From a virus: a stretch of DNA of 64,000 bases. The position numbers were made by a program, and so were the translations under genes. Under the pieces are notes generated by a model. The model had not been told where the DNA came from and searched no databases. It saw only the letters and a program-made list of their open reading frames with translations. Shown piece after piece: positions 54,767-63,744 of this stretch. The DNA lies in IMG/VR virus record IMGVR_UViG_3300007735_000801. One strand, written 5' to 3'. The number at the start of each line of letters is the position of its first letter. Position 1 is the stretch's first letter.

Positions 54767-54992
54767 GGGGAACTACCGACGAATTTTATGGGACTATGCG
54801 CCAACTATCAACAACGCCGACCCCAGACCACAGCCGTCTGGACGCAGGGCAAGCCGAACCAAGTTATATTAATATATCCAACAGCACCCCCCTGAAGGCA
54901 AAAAGCCATAGTAAACTCTAATTTTAACGAAGCGGGAACTATATTAATATAATTCAAACCTGTCCGTGAAAGCCACCAGCAAGCCCGTGAAA

Positions 54993-55619
54993 TTATTTCA
55001 CAGGATAATACTTAGACAAGGCTTTGTAGACGGTGCGTGGAATGGTCAGGTCGGCACGGCGGCTGAAGTCTGTGGGCATGATGCGGTAGATGGCTTCAGA
55101 CAGGTAGGGATTTCCCACCGTGTTCCACTTGCCGCTGTCACGCATCAGGTGGTGCGAGTAAATGTATAGGTTTGCATACTTGGCGTACACCTTCGGGTTA
55201 ATTGGCAGATCGTATTGTCTTGCGATCCTGACCGCCCTAATCTCGGCATCCCTCTCATACGCCATGACTCGTCGGAACGCTTTGTGGACGATTGTAGGGC
55301 TTGCCTTTCCTTTGCCGCCCCCATGCAACCAACGGCTGACGATCACATTAGCGTGGCAGTCTGCATTATACACATTTGCAGGGGTTTCTAGCCATTGCTT
55401 GAAGTGGGCGTACTCGTGGACAAGCACCTGTAGCCAGTCTGCCCTGCCCCCTGCCACCTTGATCACACGCTTGTCCTCGTCAAAGAACCCCGATGCTCTC
55501 CACCCTTCACCTGAATTAAGTTGTTGTCCTCTACCAATTAAAAAACGGAATCCATAGGAATGGAGTTCCGCTTTAATAGAGTCTAAGAATTTAATAGTTT
55601 GGGGGTTTCTACGATGCAC
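54993..55619 (-). CDS. Zincin-like metallopeptidase domain protein
   Basis: GFFD, VLVHEYAHF (HExxH), downstream E.DAE. Confidence 0.65.
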   Translation of the reverse strand: MHRRNPQTIKFLDSIKAELHSYGFRFLIGRGQQLNSGEGWRASGFFDEDKRVIKVAGGRADWLQVLVHEYAHFKQWLETPANVYNADCHANVIVSRWLHGGGKGKASPTIVHKAFRRVMAYERDAEIRAVRIARQYDLPINPKVYAKYANLYIYSHHLMRDSGKWNTVGNPYLSEAIYRIMPTDFSRRADLTIPRTVYKALSKYYPVK

Positions 55620-55642
55620 GACACCACCTACCTTCTTACTCC

Positions 55643-57958
55643 TTATATATGAGCCGACATACTTGAAACAAGGCGATTTACCAAAACCCTTGAAACGATC
55701 TTTTTCTGCAAGGATCGAATGAAATTGCTCTTTAACTTGGCGTAAGTGGCATTTCCCATATTAATATCTTCGTAGGTATCAACCGTTTCCTTGCGAGTGC
55801 ATCGAATAACGAACACTTGATTGAAACTTTCCTGTCCCTTGTTATGGGATTGAAGCATACCTTCAGAATTATAATACTGATTCCTACCATCAGAACAGAC
55901 AGCCAGTAGATAATTCTCATTATTCCATTGAGCAGTAAATTCTGTAGTGTCATCATTGTACGAAGCATTATTCAACTCAATAATTTTATTATTATTTCCC
56001 ATCATGGCAACATTGTGGCAAGGAATACGAATGCCCTTGACTGATGTTGAAGCATCCAAGAACAGGAGAATTGCATTGCATCCAGTATTATCACGAAGGT
56101 ATTCCACACAGACATTTGTGGTCAATCTTTCGTGCATCGAGTACGAAGCCTTTGTGCGTTTATTAATAATGCGAGTCGGTCTGCGTACACCAATATCACT
56201 CTCCTCATCATAATAACTCCTTGAGAGTGGACTGCCTGAAGTCGAGCCGTCTGAAATTACCACGCAGTTTAATATCTCGATTTTGTTCTTCTTACGGAAA
56301 TTAATCAAGATTTGGTTTGCCGCAATAATGGCATCATCTAACGGAGTATCTCCAAGACGCAAGCACCACGGCGTGTTGGGGCAATTACCACCAAACTTGT
56401 AGCCGTAGCCGCCAAGCACCGAACCCAACAAGAACAGGTGTCGCATGGCATTCATGTGTTCCGTCTTACGCATCTTGCTAGATGCGAAGTTATAGAGATG
56501 AAATTCTTGGGCTGTGACCACTCCAGTCTGACCGTAATTAGTTTGGACATCCTGAATAGAAAATCTTGTCTTAGACAATTCTTCTGCCGCTTCAGTATAA
56601 TCACTATACGATTTGTTATCATCCTTGTCGAAATTACCAGTCAAGACTGGGGTGTTCGTACTGAACGCATACACTTCGTATGGCACACCGATGCGACGAA
56701 AGAAAGATGTGAGAATATACATTTGCTTCACAACATCTTGGACGAGAGGTTGCATCGAGCCGCTCCAGTCAAGGAACACCACAAAGCCGTGATTCTTGCC
56801 ATTAGGCTTCACGGTGAAGTGCTTGAAGATATCTTCGCTCCACTTGTATTGTGTAAGCAAGTTCATGTCCAATACACCAGTCTTGGCAGTCTGATTACGA
56901 TGATGCTGTTGAGCCGCCTTCTTTGTCAGGAACACCTTGACCATTGCATCGACTGTTGCGTTGGCTTCTTTGGTGAAAGTATTATACGATCCCATAATTT
57001 CCTCTGTTGCCTCTTTCATGCCCTTCGACTTAGAGTTGGATACAGAGTTTTCCATAGCATTCATGATGTCCACATAAGGAACAATAATTCTTTCAAGATC
57101 ATATTCGGGAAGATAGGCAGGGCTGTCTTTGTCGGAATAATAACTGTCTTTAACTTTGCTGTCCAACCACTTCTTTTGTGCATTAGCCGTAAATGATTCA
57201 GGTGCAATGTTGTGTCGGTTTTCAGATTGCTTACCCTGTACTGATTCAGGATCACCATCAGCATCAGTTTCGTATTCGCCATCTTGCCCATCGCCACCCT
57301 TTGTTGGCTTGCCCTGTGGTCGATCACTCGTTTCAGGTTCTTGGTTTGCTTCCTTCTTGGCTTCTTCCCACAAGCGACGAGTCACCGCACACACTTCCTC
57401 GAAAGTCTGTGCTGACTCAACATCATCAATGATGGCTTGCTCGTCGGCACTAAACGGAATATGTGTTCCTAGATGCTTGCCGATCTTAAAGTGCAAGTTG
57501 GTACGATCAATGATTCGCATCTTGGTGTAGTCTGCCTTGCTCAAATCACCAAACATTTGGTTGTCGGCAAGCCACTTGTAGCCCTTGTAGTAATCACTAC
57601 GCAATCCTGCATACTTCTCCTTGATGAGTCGTTCAATGCGAGCATCTTCCACGATGTTAAGATACATGGCGGCACGGCTTTTGTCATCATTGCTTGCTGT
57701 TGCACCAACAATAGAGTCAATGAACTGCTCCATGCCTTCAGGTGGTGTATGGAGTGCGTGGCTGACTTCGTGTGACAGGAACAAGTCATACGCCTCTTGA
57801 GTCATGTCTGACCAGTCAGGCACAGTCAGGACACGACTCTTGACATCCATTGATGCTGTCTTTGCCTTTGTGTCAAAGATCACCGAAAGGTTTTCTGTTG
57901 ACATTAGTTTTGCGAAAGTGCTATGACTGCCGTGTGATTGTTGTGAGATTGATTTCAT
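55643..57958 (-). CDS. CobT-like protein: N-terminal metallopeptidase-like domain, acidic linker, VWA domain
   Basis: TA..D…R.L..P.W, HEVSHALHT, NIVEDARIE, MIDAS DWSGSM, YAF, TPL, ISDG. Confidence 0.85.
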   Translation of the reverse strand: MKSISQQSHGSHSTFAKLMSTENLSVIFDTKAKTASMDVKSRVLTVPDWSDMTQEAYDLFLSHEVSHALHTPPEGMEQFIDSIVGATASNDDKSRAAMYLNIVEDARIERLIKEKYAGLRSDYYKGYKWLADNQMFGDLSKADYTKMRIIDRTNLHFKIGKHLGTHIPFSADEQAIIDDVESAQTFEEVCAVTRRLWEEAKKEANQEPETSDRPQGKPTKGGDGQDGEYETDADGDPESVQGKQSENRHNIAPESFTANAQKKWLDSKVKDSYYSDKDSPAYLPEYDLERIIVPYVDIMNAMENSVSNSKSKGMKEATEEIMGSYNTFTKEANATVDAMVKVFLTKKAAQQHHRNQTAKTGVLDMNLLTQYKWSEDIFKHFTVKPNGKNHGFVVFLDWSGSMQPLVQDVVKQMYILTSFFRRIGVPYEVYAFSTNTPVLTGNFDKDDNKSYSDYTEAAEELSKTRFSIQDVQTNYGQTGVVTAQEFHLYNFASSKMRKTEHMNAMRHLFLLGSVLGGYGYKFGGNCPNTPWCLRLGDTPLDDAIIAANQILINFRKKNKIEILNCVVISDGSTSGSPLSRSYYDEESDIGVRRPTRIINKRTKASYSMHERLTTNVCVEYLRDNTGCNAILLFLDASTSVKGIRIPCHNVAMMGNNNKIIELNNASYNDDTTEFTAQWNNENYLLAVCSDGRNQYYNSEGMLQSHNKGQESFNQVFVIRCTRKETVDTYEDINMGNATYAKLKSNFIRSLQKKIVSRVLVNRLVSSMSAHI

Positions 57959-57964
57959 GTGAGT

Positions 57965-57992
57965 ATTGTATAGACGATTTCTATCGTGTCAA
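57965..57992 (-). promoter_or_regulatory. Early sigma70 promoter (leaderless)
   Basis: TTGACA-16 bp-TACAAT, 6 nt to ATG. Confidence 0.85.
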
Positions 57993-58022
57993 GTGGTTTA
58001 GGAAGATTTTTAGAAGATTTTT

Positions 58023-58061
58023 AAACAAAATTTCCTCGCCTATTTTCATAGGCGAGGAAAT
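58023..58061 (-). terminator. Rho-independent terminator
   Basis: 14-bp stem ATTTCCTCGCCTAT, GAAA loop, followed by TTTGTTT on - strand. Confidence 0.85.
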
Positions 58062-58072
58062 ATGGAAAGATA

Positions 58073-58378
58073 TTAATATACTGGATTTCCTTGTTTTGTA
58101 TTAAGATAATTCGCATACTCAACAATTTCAGGGATTAGATAAACTCCGTACTCAGCAGACTTTCGTGCTTTGTCGTGTACAATCCATGTCGGTGCAGACT
58201 TGAACCCAAACTGGATTCCCATTTCATTCAACTTGTCACGCTTTACTTGCATATAGGCAATTCCTTGATCGACTAGAAACATTACAAATTTCTTTTGTCG
58301 TGTTTTTAACGCAAGATAATTTGGTGCTATTGTTTTAACTAGATCATAATCACTAGGAACATTAATACTAATACTCAT
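58073..58378 (-). CDS. Hypothetical protein similar to the N-terminal domain of the neighbouring AAA+ ATPase
   Basis: R…G….P.W.V…G.Y.IPE pattern; AAGGAG RBS. Confidence 0.65.
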   Translation of the reverse strand: MSISINVPSDYDLVKTIAPNYLALKTRQKKFVMFLVDQGIAYMQVKRDKLNEMGIQFGFKSAPTWIVHDKARKSAEYGVYLIPEIVEYANYLNTKQGNPVY

Positions 58379-58506
58379 TTTACAATCTCCTTTGTTGTCG
58401 GTTTAGAATCAGTCCATTCATCATCGTCGTAGGTTACATCATCTTCATCCGTGTCAGGGGGGTCGGGAAATGACCCCCCTGCCTGTTGCGAGAACGAATT
58501 ACGCAT
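58375..58506 (-). CDS. Small acidic protein, 43 aa (MRNSFSQQAGGSFPDPPDTDEDDVTYDDDEWTDSKPTTKEIVK), not in ORF track
   Basis: Start overlaps cobS stop, stop overlaps next ATG; GAGGA upstream. Confidence 0.55.
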   Translation of the reverse strand: MRNSFSQQAGGSFPDPPDTDEDDVTYDDDEWTDSKPTTKEIVK

Positions 58507-59734
58507 TGTTGGCTTTGTCCTCTTTCATTAGAATCTCATGTTCGGCAAGCGATACTCCACTATTAGGATCAAACATACCCTTTTCCTCAGCAGGAACATC
58601 GCCATTGATTGTCGGATCAATCTTTGTGTAGAAGTTCATGAACGCCGTCTTGGTTTCAGTATCGAAACGGCTCAATGCTCGTTCAATGCTGACCATGCGA
58701 ACTTCCAAGACTGCATACAACTTCGCAATGGCTTCCAGTCGGCGAGTGGAAATAATCTCGCTGACTGCACCTTCATAGAACGCCTTGCGAATGGTTTCCG
58801 ACCATCGTGTCAAAGCATCGGCAAAGTCATTGTCACGCTTGCCAAACGCTTCCATCTTCTTGATGAGAATACGCTTCTCCGTGCCACGAGGAGCATACTC
58901 TTGCTCATAGGTAAAGTCGAAACGATCCAAGAACGCCTCATTCAAGATGTTAGTTCCTACAAAGCGTCCATCGTCGCTACCCTTGCCCTTAGTATTGGCT
59001 GTGGCAAGAATGGTGAAGCCCTCAACAGGACGAATCCACTTGTTGATCTTCTTCAAGAACACACCCTTACCCTCAAGCACAGGCTGTAAGCACATGATCT
59101 TGTGTGATCCCAAGTCCACTTCGTCGAGAAGAAGAACGCCGCCGCACTCCATCGCCTTTACGACTGCACCATCTTGCCAAACAGTATTACCGTTGACCAG
59201 TCGCATACCGCCCAACAAATCATCTTCGTCAGTCAACTCGGTAATGTTCACACGGAACAGTTGACGCTTTTGCTTGGCACAAATCTGCTCGATCATGGTG
59301 GTCTTGCCATTGCCTGACAAGCCAGTCACGAACACAGGTGCAAACTTCTTGGACGAGATAATCTTTGCAATCTCGTCGTAGTGTCCCCACGGAATGTATG
59401 TGGCATTGACATCAGGAATCAACTGCTCATGGGATTGCGAGTTGGTCATAACGGCTTGCATTGTAGTATCATTCATATTGGAATCCAGTAAGTTCTGCTC
59501 GTCTTGAGCGATTGGTGGAAGTGATAATCCGACAATAAATCCATTTTCAGTATCAAGTTCAGGGACATTGAATAGTCCACGACTGACTCGATTTTCAGGA
59601 GTGACTGCCCAAAGTGGTGTGACTCCAAGTCCTACGCCTTTAGCCGCCACAAGAATCTGTTCACGGGTCAACGGATTGGTGTAACCCAGTCGTTGCATCT
59701 CTTTAATTACTAGTGATTTTTTTGAGTGTTTCAT
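58499..59734 (-). CDS. cobS: CobS/MoxR-like AAA+ ATPase
   Basis: TGLSGNGKT, RVNIT..TDEDDLLGG, LLLDEVD, ATANTKGKGSDDGRF.GTN.LNEAFLDRF, ISTRRL. Confidence 0.9.
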   Translation of the reverse strand: MKHSKKSLVIKEMQRLGYTNPLTREQILVAAKGVGLGVTPLWAVTPENRVSRGLFNVPELDTENGFIVGLSLPPIAQDEQNLLDSNMNDTTMQAVMTNSQSHEQLIPDVNATYIPWGHYDEIAKIISSKKFAPVFVTGLSGNGKTTMIEQICAKQKRQLFRVNITELTDEDDLLGGMRLVNGNTVWQDGAVVKAMECGGVLLLDEVDLGSHKIMCLQPVLEGKGVFLKKINKWIRPVEGFTILATANTKGKGSDDGRFVGTNILNEAFLDRFDFTYEQEYAPRGTEKRILIKKMEAFGKRDNDFADALTRWSETIRKAFYEGAVSEIISTRRLEAIAKLYAVLEVRMVSIERALSRFDTETKTAFMNFYTKIDPTINGDVPAEEKGMFDPNSGVSLAEHEILMKEDKANNA

Positions 59735-59742
59735 ATGTGTGC

Positions 59743-59770
59743 ATTCTAATCTCGATTTCTATGGTGTCAA
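59743..59770 (-). promoter_or_regulatory. Early sigma70 promoter
   Basis: TTGACA-16 bp-TAGAAT, 8 nt to ATG; 31 bp identical to 63870-63900. Confidence 0.85.
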
Positions 59771-59794
59771 GTGATAAATCGACTAATTTTAAAA

Positions 59795-60133
59795 TTATTT
59801 TTTATCTCCGTAGATTACAGGTTGTTGGCAAGCGTTCTCGGCTTGCAACTGAATGTTCTCGTCCACTAAGTTATCCAAGATGCGACAAGCACCATGAATG
59901 CGTCCATACAAAGCACCAAGCATTAACATGGAAGTTTCGATAAACTCCTGCACATCTTTGTTATCCTCATTAGACAACTTTAGGGTTTCTCCGCAGTTCA
60001 TCAGGGTAAATACGGCTAGTGTCATCCCGATAGATTCTTCGTGGCTCATTGTTCCTCTGTTTACCATTTGCTTTACATGGTCAGGGGAAACAGCGAGTGA
60101 ATCATCAAATGTTTTCCATTGATCTTTTGTCAT
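59795..60133 (-). CDS. Early hypothetical protein
   Basis: 112 aa ORF in co-directional early array. Confidence 0.6.
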   Translation of the reverse strand: MTKDQWKTFDDSLAVSPDHVKQMVNRGTMSHEESIGMTLAVFTLMNCGETLKLSNEDNKDVQEFIETSMLMLGALYGRIHGACRILDNLVDENIQLQAENACQQPVIYGDKK

Positions 60134-60153
60134 TGTGTTATTTTCTTTCTTGT

Positions 60154-60405
60154 TTAATAATTGTCTGCGTCATTGTATCCATCATACTCTAGTGGAATCG
60201 GTTCAGGGTCATACTGATCTTCATCATCAGCATCTAAACTCTTATCTTCATCCTCTAAGTCAATAATATCCATTTCGTCGGTTTGTGATCCATCGTCTAC
60301 TTGCATATCTTCATCTTCGATATCATCTAAATCAAGATCATCATCCAAGACAAAATCATCAGAATCTCTGTCACATTGTTCACGATAAAATTCTTCGTAG
60401 TTCAT
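60154..60405 (-). CDS. Extremely acidic early protein
   Basis: 83 aa, roughly half Asp/Glu. Confidence 0.65.
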   Translation of the reverse strand: MNYEEFYREQCDRDSDDFVLDDDLDLDDIEDEDMQVDDGSQTDEMDIIDLEDEDKSLDADDEDQYDPEPIPLEYDGYNDADNY

Positions 60406-60734
60406 TATTTTGTACCTTTCTTTTTAGTTGCTTTCTTTTTAATAACTTTCTTTTTAGTCTTTGTTTTCTTATACTGGTCTATAGTCAATGTTGGTTTAAA
60501 GTCATCCACGAATTGTTGTAGACTTTCATTCACAGATTCAAATATGTAATCAATACAATTCATATCACAATACTTTTCCAAGATCATTTCACACTCTGCG
60601 TCAGTCAAAGACTGAGAACCATCACACATTCTTACATCTGAAATATCCCAGTATGTTGCCATTATTTTTGGATCATGACCATCAGCCATGCTTTTCATAA
60701 AGGCGATCTCATCACTCATTTTTCTCAATCTCAT
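60405..60734 (-). CDS. Early hypothetical protein with Lys-rich tail
   Basis: W…DV…LTD.E…IL motif; KKTKTKKKVIKKK tail. Confidence 0.6.
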   Translation of the reverse strand: MRLRKMSDEIAFMKSMADGHDPKIMATYWDISDVRMCDGSQSLTDAECEMILEKYCDMNCIDYIFESVNESLQQFVDDFKPTLTIDQYKKTKTKKKVIKKKATKKKGTK

Positions 60735-60949
60735 TGTGTTTCCTTTTCTTCTTGTTCCTGACCTTCAACAAAGAAGGTATCTTCTATAATCCAACGCATT
60801 GCCGCATTACATTCCATAAGTAAATTCTTGAATACTATTTGCATTGCACGATCATCAGGTAACACATCAATCATTCCTGCCGCCGTCATAGAATTTAATT
60901 CAGTATATAACTTCACAAACTTCTTCGCATTAAATTTATTATTTCTCAT
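60731..60949 (-). CDS. Early hypothetical protein
   Basis: First gene after promoter 60956-60983. Confidence 0.65.
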   Translation of the reverse strand: MRNNKFNAKKFVKLYTELNSMTAAGMIDVLPDDRAMQIVFKNLLMECNAAMRWIIEDTFFVEGQEQEEKETQ

Positions 60950-60955
60950 GTCGGT

Positions 60956-60983
60956 ATTGTACAGTTGTTTTCTGTCGTGTCAA
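60956..60983 (-). promoter_or_regulatory. Early sigma70 promoter (leaderless)
   Basis: TTGACA-16 bp-TACAAT, 6 nt to ATG. Confidence 0.85.
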
Positions 60984-60997
60984 CTAAAAAAATAAAT

Positions 60998-61345
60998 TTA
61001 TTCAACTTCATCCAAGTCGTAACGATCACTCTTGGCATTCTCCATTGCGTATTCATAACACTCATAGAATACATCGGATGCCTCTGTGTTTTCCTCTGTG
61101 GTTGGTACACCATTCGGATAGAGGAAAGTCTTGTGACTGGTCATATCTTCAGAAAACATAACAATCTCGTAAATGAGAACATCTTCGCAGACTAGATCAG
61201 AGCCATCTCGTTCTGTGGTATCTAATTCCCATTGCTCCAATGCCTCGAATGTAAATACTCTTGGAGTTCCAGTATCTACTGGGATATCTCCGTAAGTAAG
61301 TTCCAATCCATCATATTCTGTTGTCTTTTCTAGTTTCTTAATCAT
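60998..61345 (-). CDS. Acidic early hypothetical protein
   Basis: 115 aa, AGGAG RBS. Confidence 0.62.
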   Translation of the reverse strand: MIKKLEKTTEYDGLELTYGDIPVDTGTPRVFTFEALEQWELDTTERDGSDLVCEDVLIYEIVMFSEDMTSHKTFLYPNGVPTTEENTEASDVFYECYEYAMENAKSDRYDLDEVE

Positions 61346-61536
61346 TGCATAATCTCCTGTTGTTCGGGTGAAATTGTAACTGAAATCATATCATGTGTCA
61401 ACGCATCAAATCCATTTTCTTCTAATTTATTTTGAATTACTTGTTGCAGTTCATTTGTAATATACTGAACTATAAGATAATCTGCTTGAACAATAAATTC
61501 TACATTAACCATAAAATTTTTCTTATTATTCGTCAT
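61342..61536 (-). CDS. Early hypothetical protein
   Basis: 64 aa, coupled overlaps. Confidence 0.55.
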   Translation of the reverse strand: MTNNKKNFMVNVEFIVQADYLIVQYITNELQQVIQNKLEENGFDALTHDMISVTISPEQQEIMQ

Positions 61537-61759
61537 ACTGTTTGTTGTCCTCTACATAAATGTCATCAATGTCTATTGTGTAAGGTGGTGAAACAAACCA
61601 CATTTCGTCTAATTCAGTATCATATTTCTCCATTGCTTCCATGTAATGTACTGCTTTCTCTATTGTGATTGGTGATTCGCTTTCAAATTCCACAGTAAAC
61701 GGAGCGCAGTCGTAGAATTTAATCACCGCAGATTGTGAATAAGGTTTACTTTTTCTCAA
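61526..61759 (-). CDS. Acidic early hypothetical protein
   Basis: 77 aa ORF in array. Confidence 0.55.
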   Translation of the reverse strand: MRKSKPYSQSAVIKFYDCAPFTVEFESESPITIEKAVHYMEAMEKYDTELDEMWFVSPPYTIDIDDIYVEDNKQYDE

Positions 61760-62033
61760 CGAAACACCACACCTTCTTGCCTTTGATCTTACGCAATTTG
61801 AAATACTTGGAATAATCCAAAACTGGACAATCGAGTGCTTTCTTGCGATTATTCAATTCTCTACGCAATTCTCCAAGATCATTGCCGTAGAGAGATTGTG
61901 TGTCGTTAATCCACACAATCTTCTTGCCTTCGTAGTGAACTTCGTGAATACCGAATCCATCGCCCAACAGAGCAGGATATTTCAATATCCGAAAGTTGAA
62001 TGTAAATGGGTTTTTATATGTTTTTGTTTTCAT
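61746..62033 (-). CDS. Early hypothetical protein
   Basis: N.RI…GIHEVHY…EL…AL..PVL motif; leaderless promoter. Confidence 0.65.
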   Translation of the reverse strand: MKTKTYKNPFTFNFRILKYPALLGDGFGIHEVHYEGKKIVWINDTQSLYGNDLGELRRELNNRKKALDCPVLDYSKYFKLRKIKGKKVWCFVEKK

Positions 62034-62039
62034 GTGCTG

Positions 62040-62068
62040 ATTGTATAGTGAAAGGTTTATGGTGTCAA
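62040..62068 (-). promoter_or_regulatory. Early sigma70 promoter (leaderless)
   Basis: TTGACA-17 bp-TACAAT, 6 nt to ATG. Confidence 0.85.
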
Positions 62069-62097
62069 GTGTTTTTTGAAATAATTATAAATTTATT

Positions 62098-62319
62098 TCA
62101 TCGTCGGCGTTCATTGATTGCCGTTGCCCTTCGTATGTTTTCCTTGTCTGCTGAATTAATCAATACAAGTTCGGGTGCTGTTTTGTGCGACCAGTCCATG
62201 AAGCCAACATATCCTGTAGCCTTAGAACATTTCACACAAGTGTCTGTGTCAGGCATACACTCCAATCGTAATTCTCCAATATCATTTCCGCATTCTGTAC
62301 AATGTTTCAACAATGCCAT
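62098..62319 (-). CDS. DksA/TraR-type C4 zinc-finger protein
   Basis: CTECGNDIGELRLECMPDTDTCVKC; start taken at MALL after GAAAGG. Confidence 0.78.
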   Translation of the reverse strand: MALLKHCTECGNDIGELRLECMPDTDTCVKCSKATGYVGFMDWSHKTAPELVLINSADKENIRRATAINERRR

Positions 62320-62513
62320 CCTTTCGTGAATGATTGCTTGATTGTTTTGCACTCAACAAACTTGTCAGCCGCATGGTGCATCTTACGCATCTTGATTGTT
62401 CCCCTGCCAACAGCACAAGGTTTTGCCGTATGCAGGACAGGGGAACGCAACGCTACTCCTTCTCTTTCGGCTTCAAGATCGAATCTGTCAAGATGTCGCT
62501 TGGTCATCTTCAC
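62307..62513 (-). CDS. Basic early hypothetical protein
   Basis: 68 aa ORF tiling the array. Confidence 0.5.
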   Translation of the reverse strand: MKMTKRHLDRFDLEAEREGVALRSPVLHTAKPCAVGRGTIKMRKMHHAADKFVECKTIKQSFTKGWHC

Positions 62514-62727
62514 CGTTTCCGAAGATAAATTTATCCATCATGATATCTTCCATTGTAATGTGCTTTGCGATTCTGACTTCTTGTTTAAATTCCATATTAT
62601 TAAATTCGCAGTAATGAATAATATCTGCGATCATGTCGCTTGGATTCTCGTACTCGTAGCCCCACTCTTTCATGGCAAACTTCATGAGAGATTGGATTCT
62701 TCGTGCCGCATTTTGTTCAACGCTCAT
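62488..62727 (-). CDS. Early hypothetical protein
   Basis: D.IAD..H.C….F…A..H motif common in small phage proteins. Confidence 0.6.
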   Translation of the reverse strand: MSVEQNAARRIQSLMKFAMKEWGYEYENPSDMIADIIHYCEFNNMEFKQEVRIAKHITMEDIMMDKFIFGNGEDDQATS

Positions 62728-62849
62728 CTGTGTTGTTGTCCTTATCTAATTCGTTTTCTTCCATGACCAGTCCAATATACCAATACAGGTAATATCCCAA
62801 TACAGGCAATGTAAAGCCTACCATGATACCACTAATCAGTAATATCGTA

Positions 62850-63068
62850 TTAGTCAATGTCTACCGCCTTTGTTGCATACCAAAAGTCGTGGCTGTTATC
62901 TTTAGAAAACTCTTTCAGGAAATCTTCTTCTGATCCATCATAATAATAAAACATTTCATCCTCATCTTCGTGATTCATGTCAAGTGTTCCAATCTTGGCA
63001 TCAAACTCTACATCGTCATCCTTGTAGTGAATCTTCACCACAAAATATGTGTCTTTTTCTTGGTTCAT
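62850..63068 (-). CDS. Acidic early hypothetical protein
   Basis: 72 aa, AAGGA RBS. Confidence 0.6.
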   Translation of the reverse strand: MNQEKDTYFVVKIHYKDDDVEFDAKIGTLDMNHEDEDEMFYYYDGSEEDFLKEFSKDNSHDFWYATKAVDID

Positions 63069-63070
63069 GT

Positions 63071-63364
63071 TTAATCAATTCCTTTTAAGATACGAATTTC
63101 CACAATAGAATTATTACGGAATGAACGCCACTCCTCAATGTCCAAGTCAAAGATTGTCGTAGAAGTAGAATTAGAATAGAATCCACCAGCCTTATGATCA
63201 TAACGACGATCACGCCACTCTTGTGGCATCAATTCAAGATTCATCGTGCCACGCAGTTTACGCAATGATCCGTCTGCCTTTACAAAGGTTACTTGCAGGT
63301 AACCCTTGAATTGCTTTAGAGTGTCAAGTGCTTCCTTGTTCCATTCTTGTGTTAGTGAACTCAT
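63071..63364 (-). CDS. WYL_2 / SH3-like beta-barrel protein
   Basis: VTF.KADGS.R…GT…FDLD..EWRSFR. Confidence 0.75.
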   Translation of the reverse strand: MSSLTQEWNKEALDTLKQFKGYLQVTFVKADGSLRKLRGTMNLELMPQEWRDRRYDHKAGGFYSNSTSTTIFDLDIEEWRSFRNNSIVEIRILKGID

Positions 63365-63744
63365 TGTGTATCTCCTTCGGTTTGGGGTTTAGTATCTGAT
63401 TCTCCACATTGCGCCAATTCAAGTCGTAGCATCATATTCTGATTTTCCGCTTCACGCAACTGCTGATTCAATCCAATGATTCTACCAAGTGTAATGCCAA
63501 GATATTCTGTAGTCTTTTCGCATAGTTTTACAAAATTGCTGACTGGCTCAGGCTCTACATTTTCGGAGATGCTTTCGACAAACTCAAGAGAGTCTGACAT
63601 CTTGTCCACAATATCTTTCACATCACGGCAGAGATCAACAACTTCCCCAATATCCATTGGTTTGTCGTACAAGAATCCCATTGAAACTTCTTCGGGTGCG
63701 TTCTGAACAACATGGTTAATAAATTCATTGTAAGTAGGTTTCAT
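63361..63744 (-). CDS. Early hypothetical protein, coiled-coil C-terminus
   Basis: 127 aa, coupled overlaps. Confidence 0.6.
   Translation of the reverse strand: MKPTYNEFINHVVQNAPEEVSMGFLYDKPMDIGEVVDLCRDVKDIVDKMSDSLEFVESISENVEPEPVSNFVKLCEKTTEYLGITLGRIIGLNQQLREAENQNMMLRLELAQCGESDTKPQTEGDTQ

Noticed and set aside
54684-54872. 62-aa + strand ORF in the intergenic region
   Set aside because: Overlaps the - strand promoter, opposes local gene direction and has no RBS
56438-59264. Long + strand ORFs (252 aa, 183 aa) antisense to cobT/cobS
   Set aside because: Shadow ORFs of well-supported - strand genes, with no RBS, promoter or recognisable motifs
58499-59734. Cobalamin biosynthesis function for cobS/cobT-like genes
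   Set aside because: No cobN or other cob genes; the phage family is a generic MoxR AAA+/VWA pair and the name is historical
63361-63744. MKPTYNEFINH as another capsid-targeting sequence
   Set aside because: Lacks the terminal Glu and lies in an early operon with no late promoter
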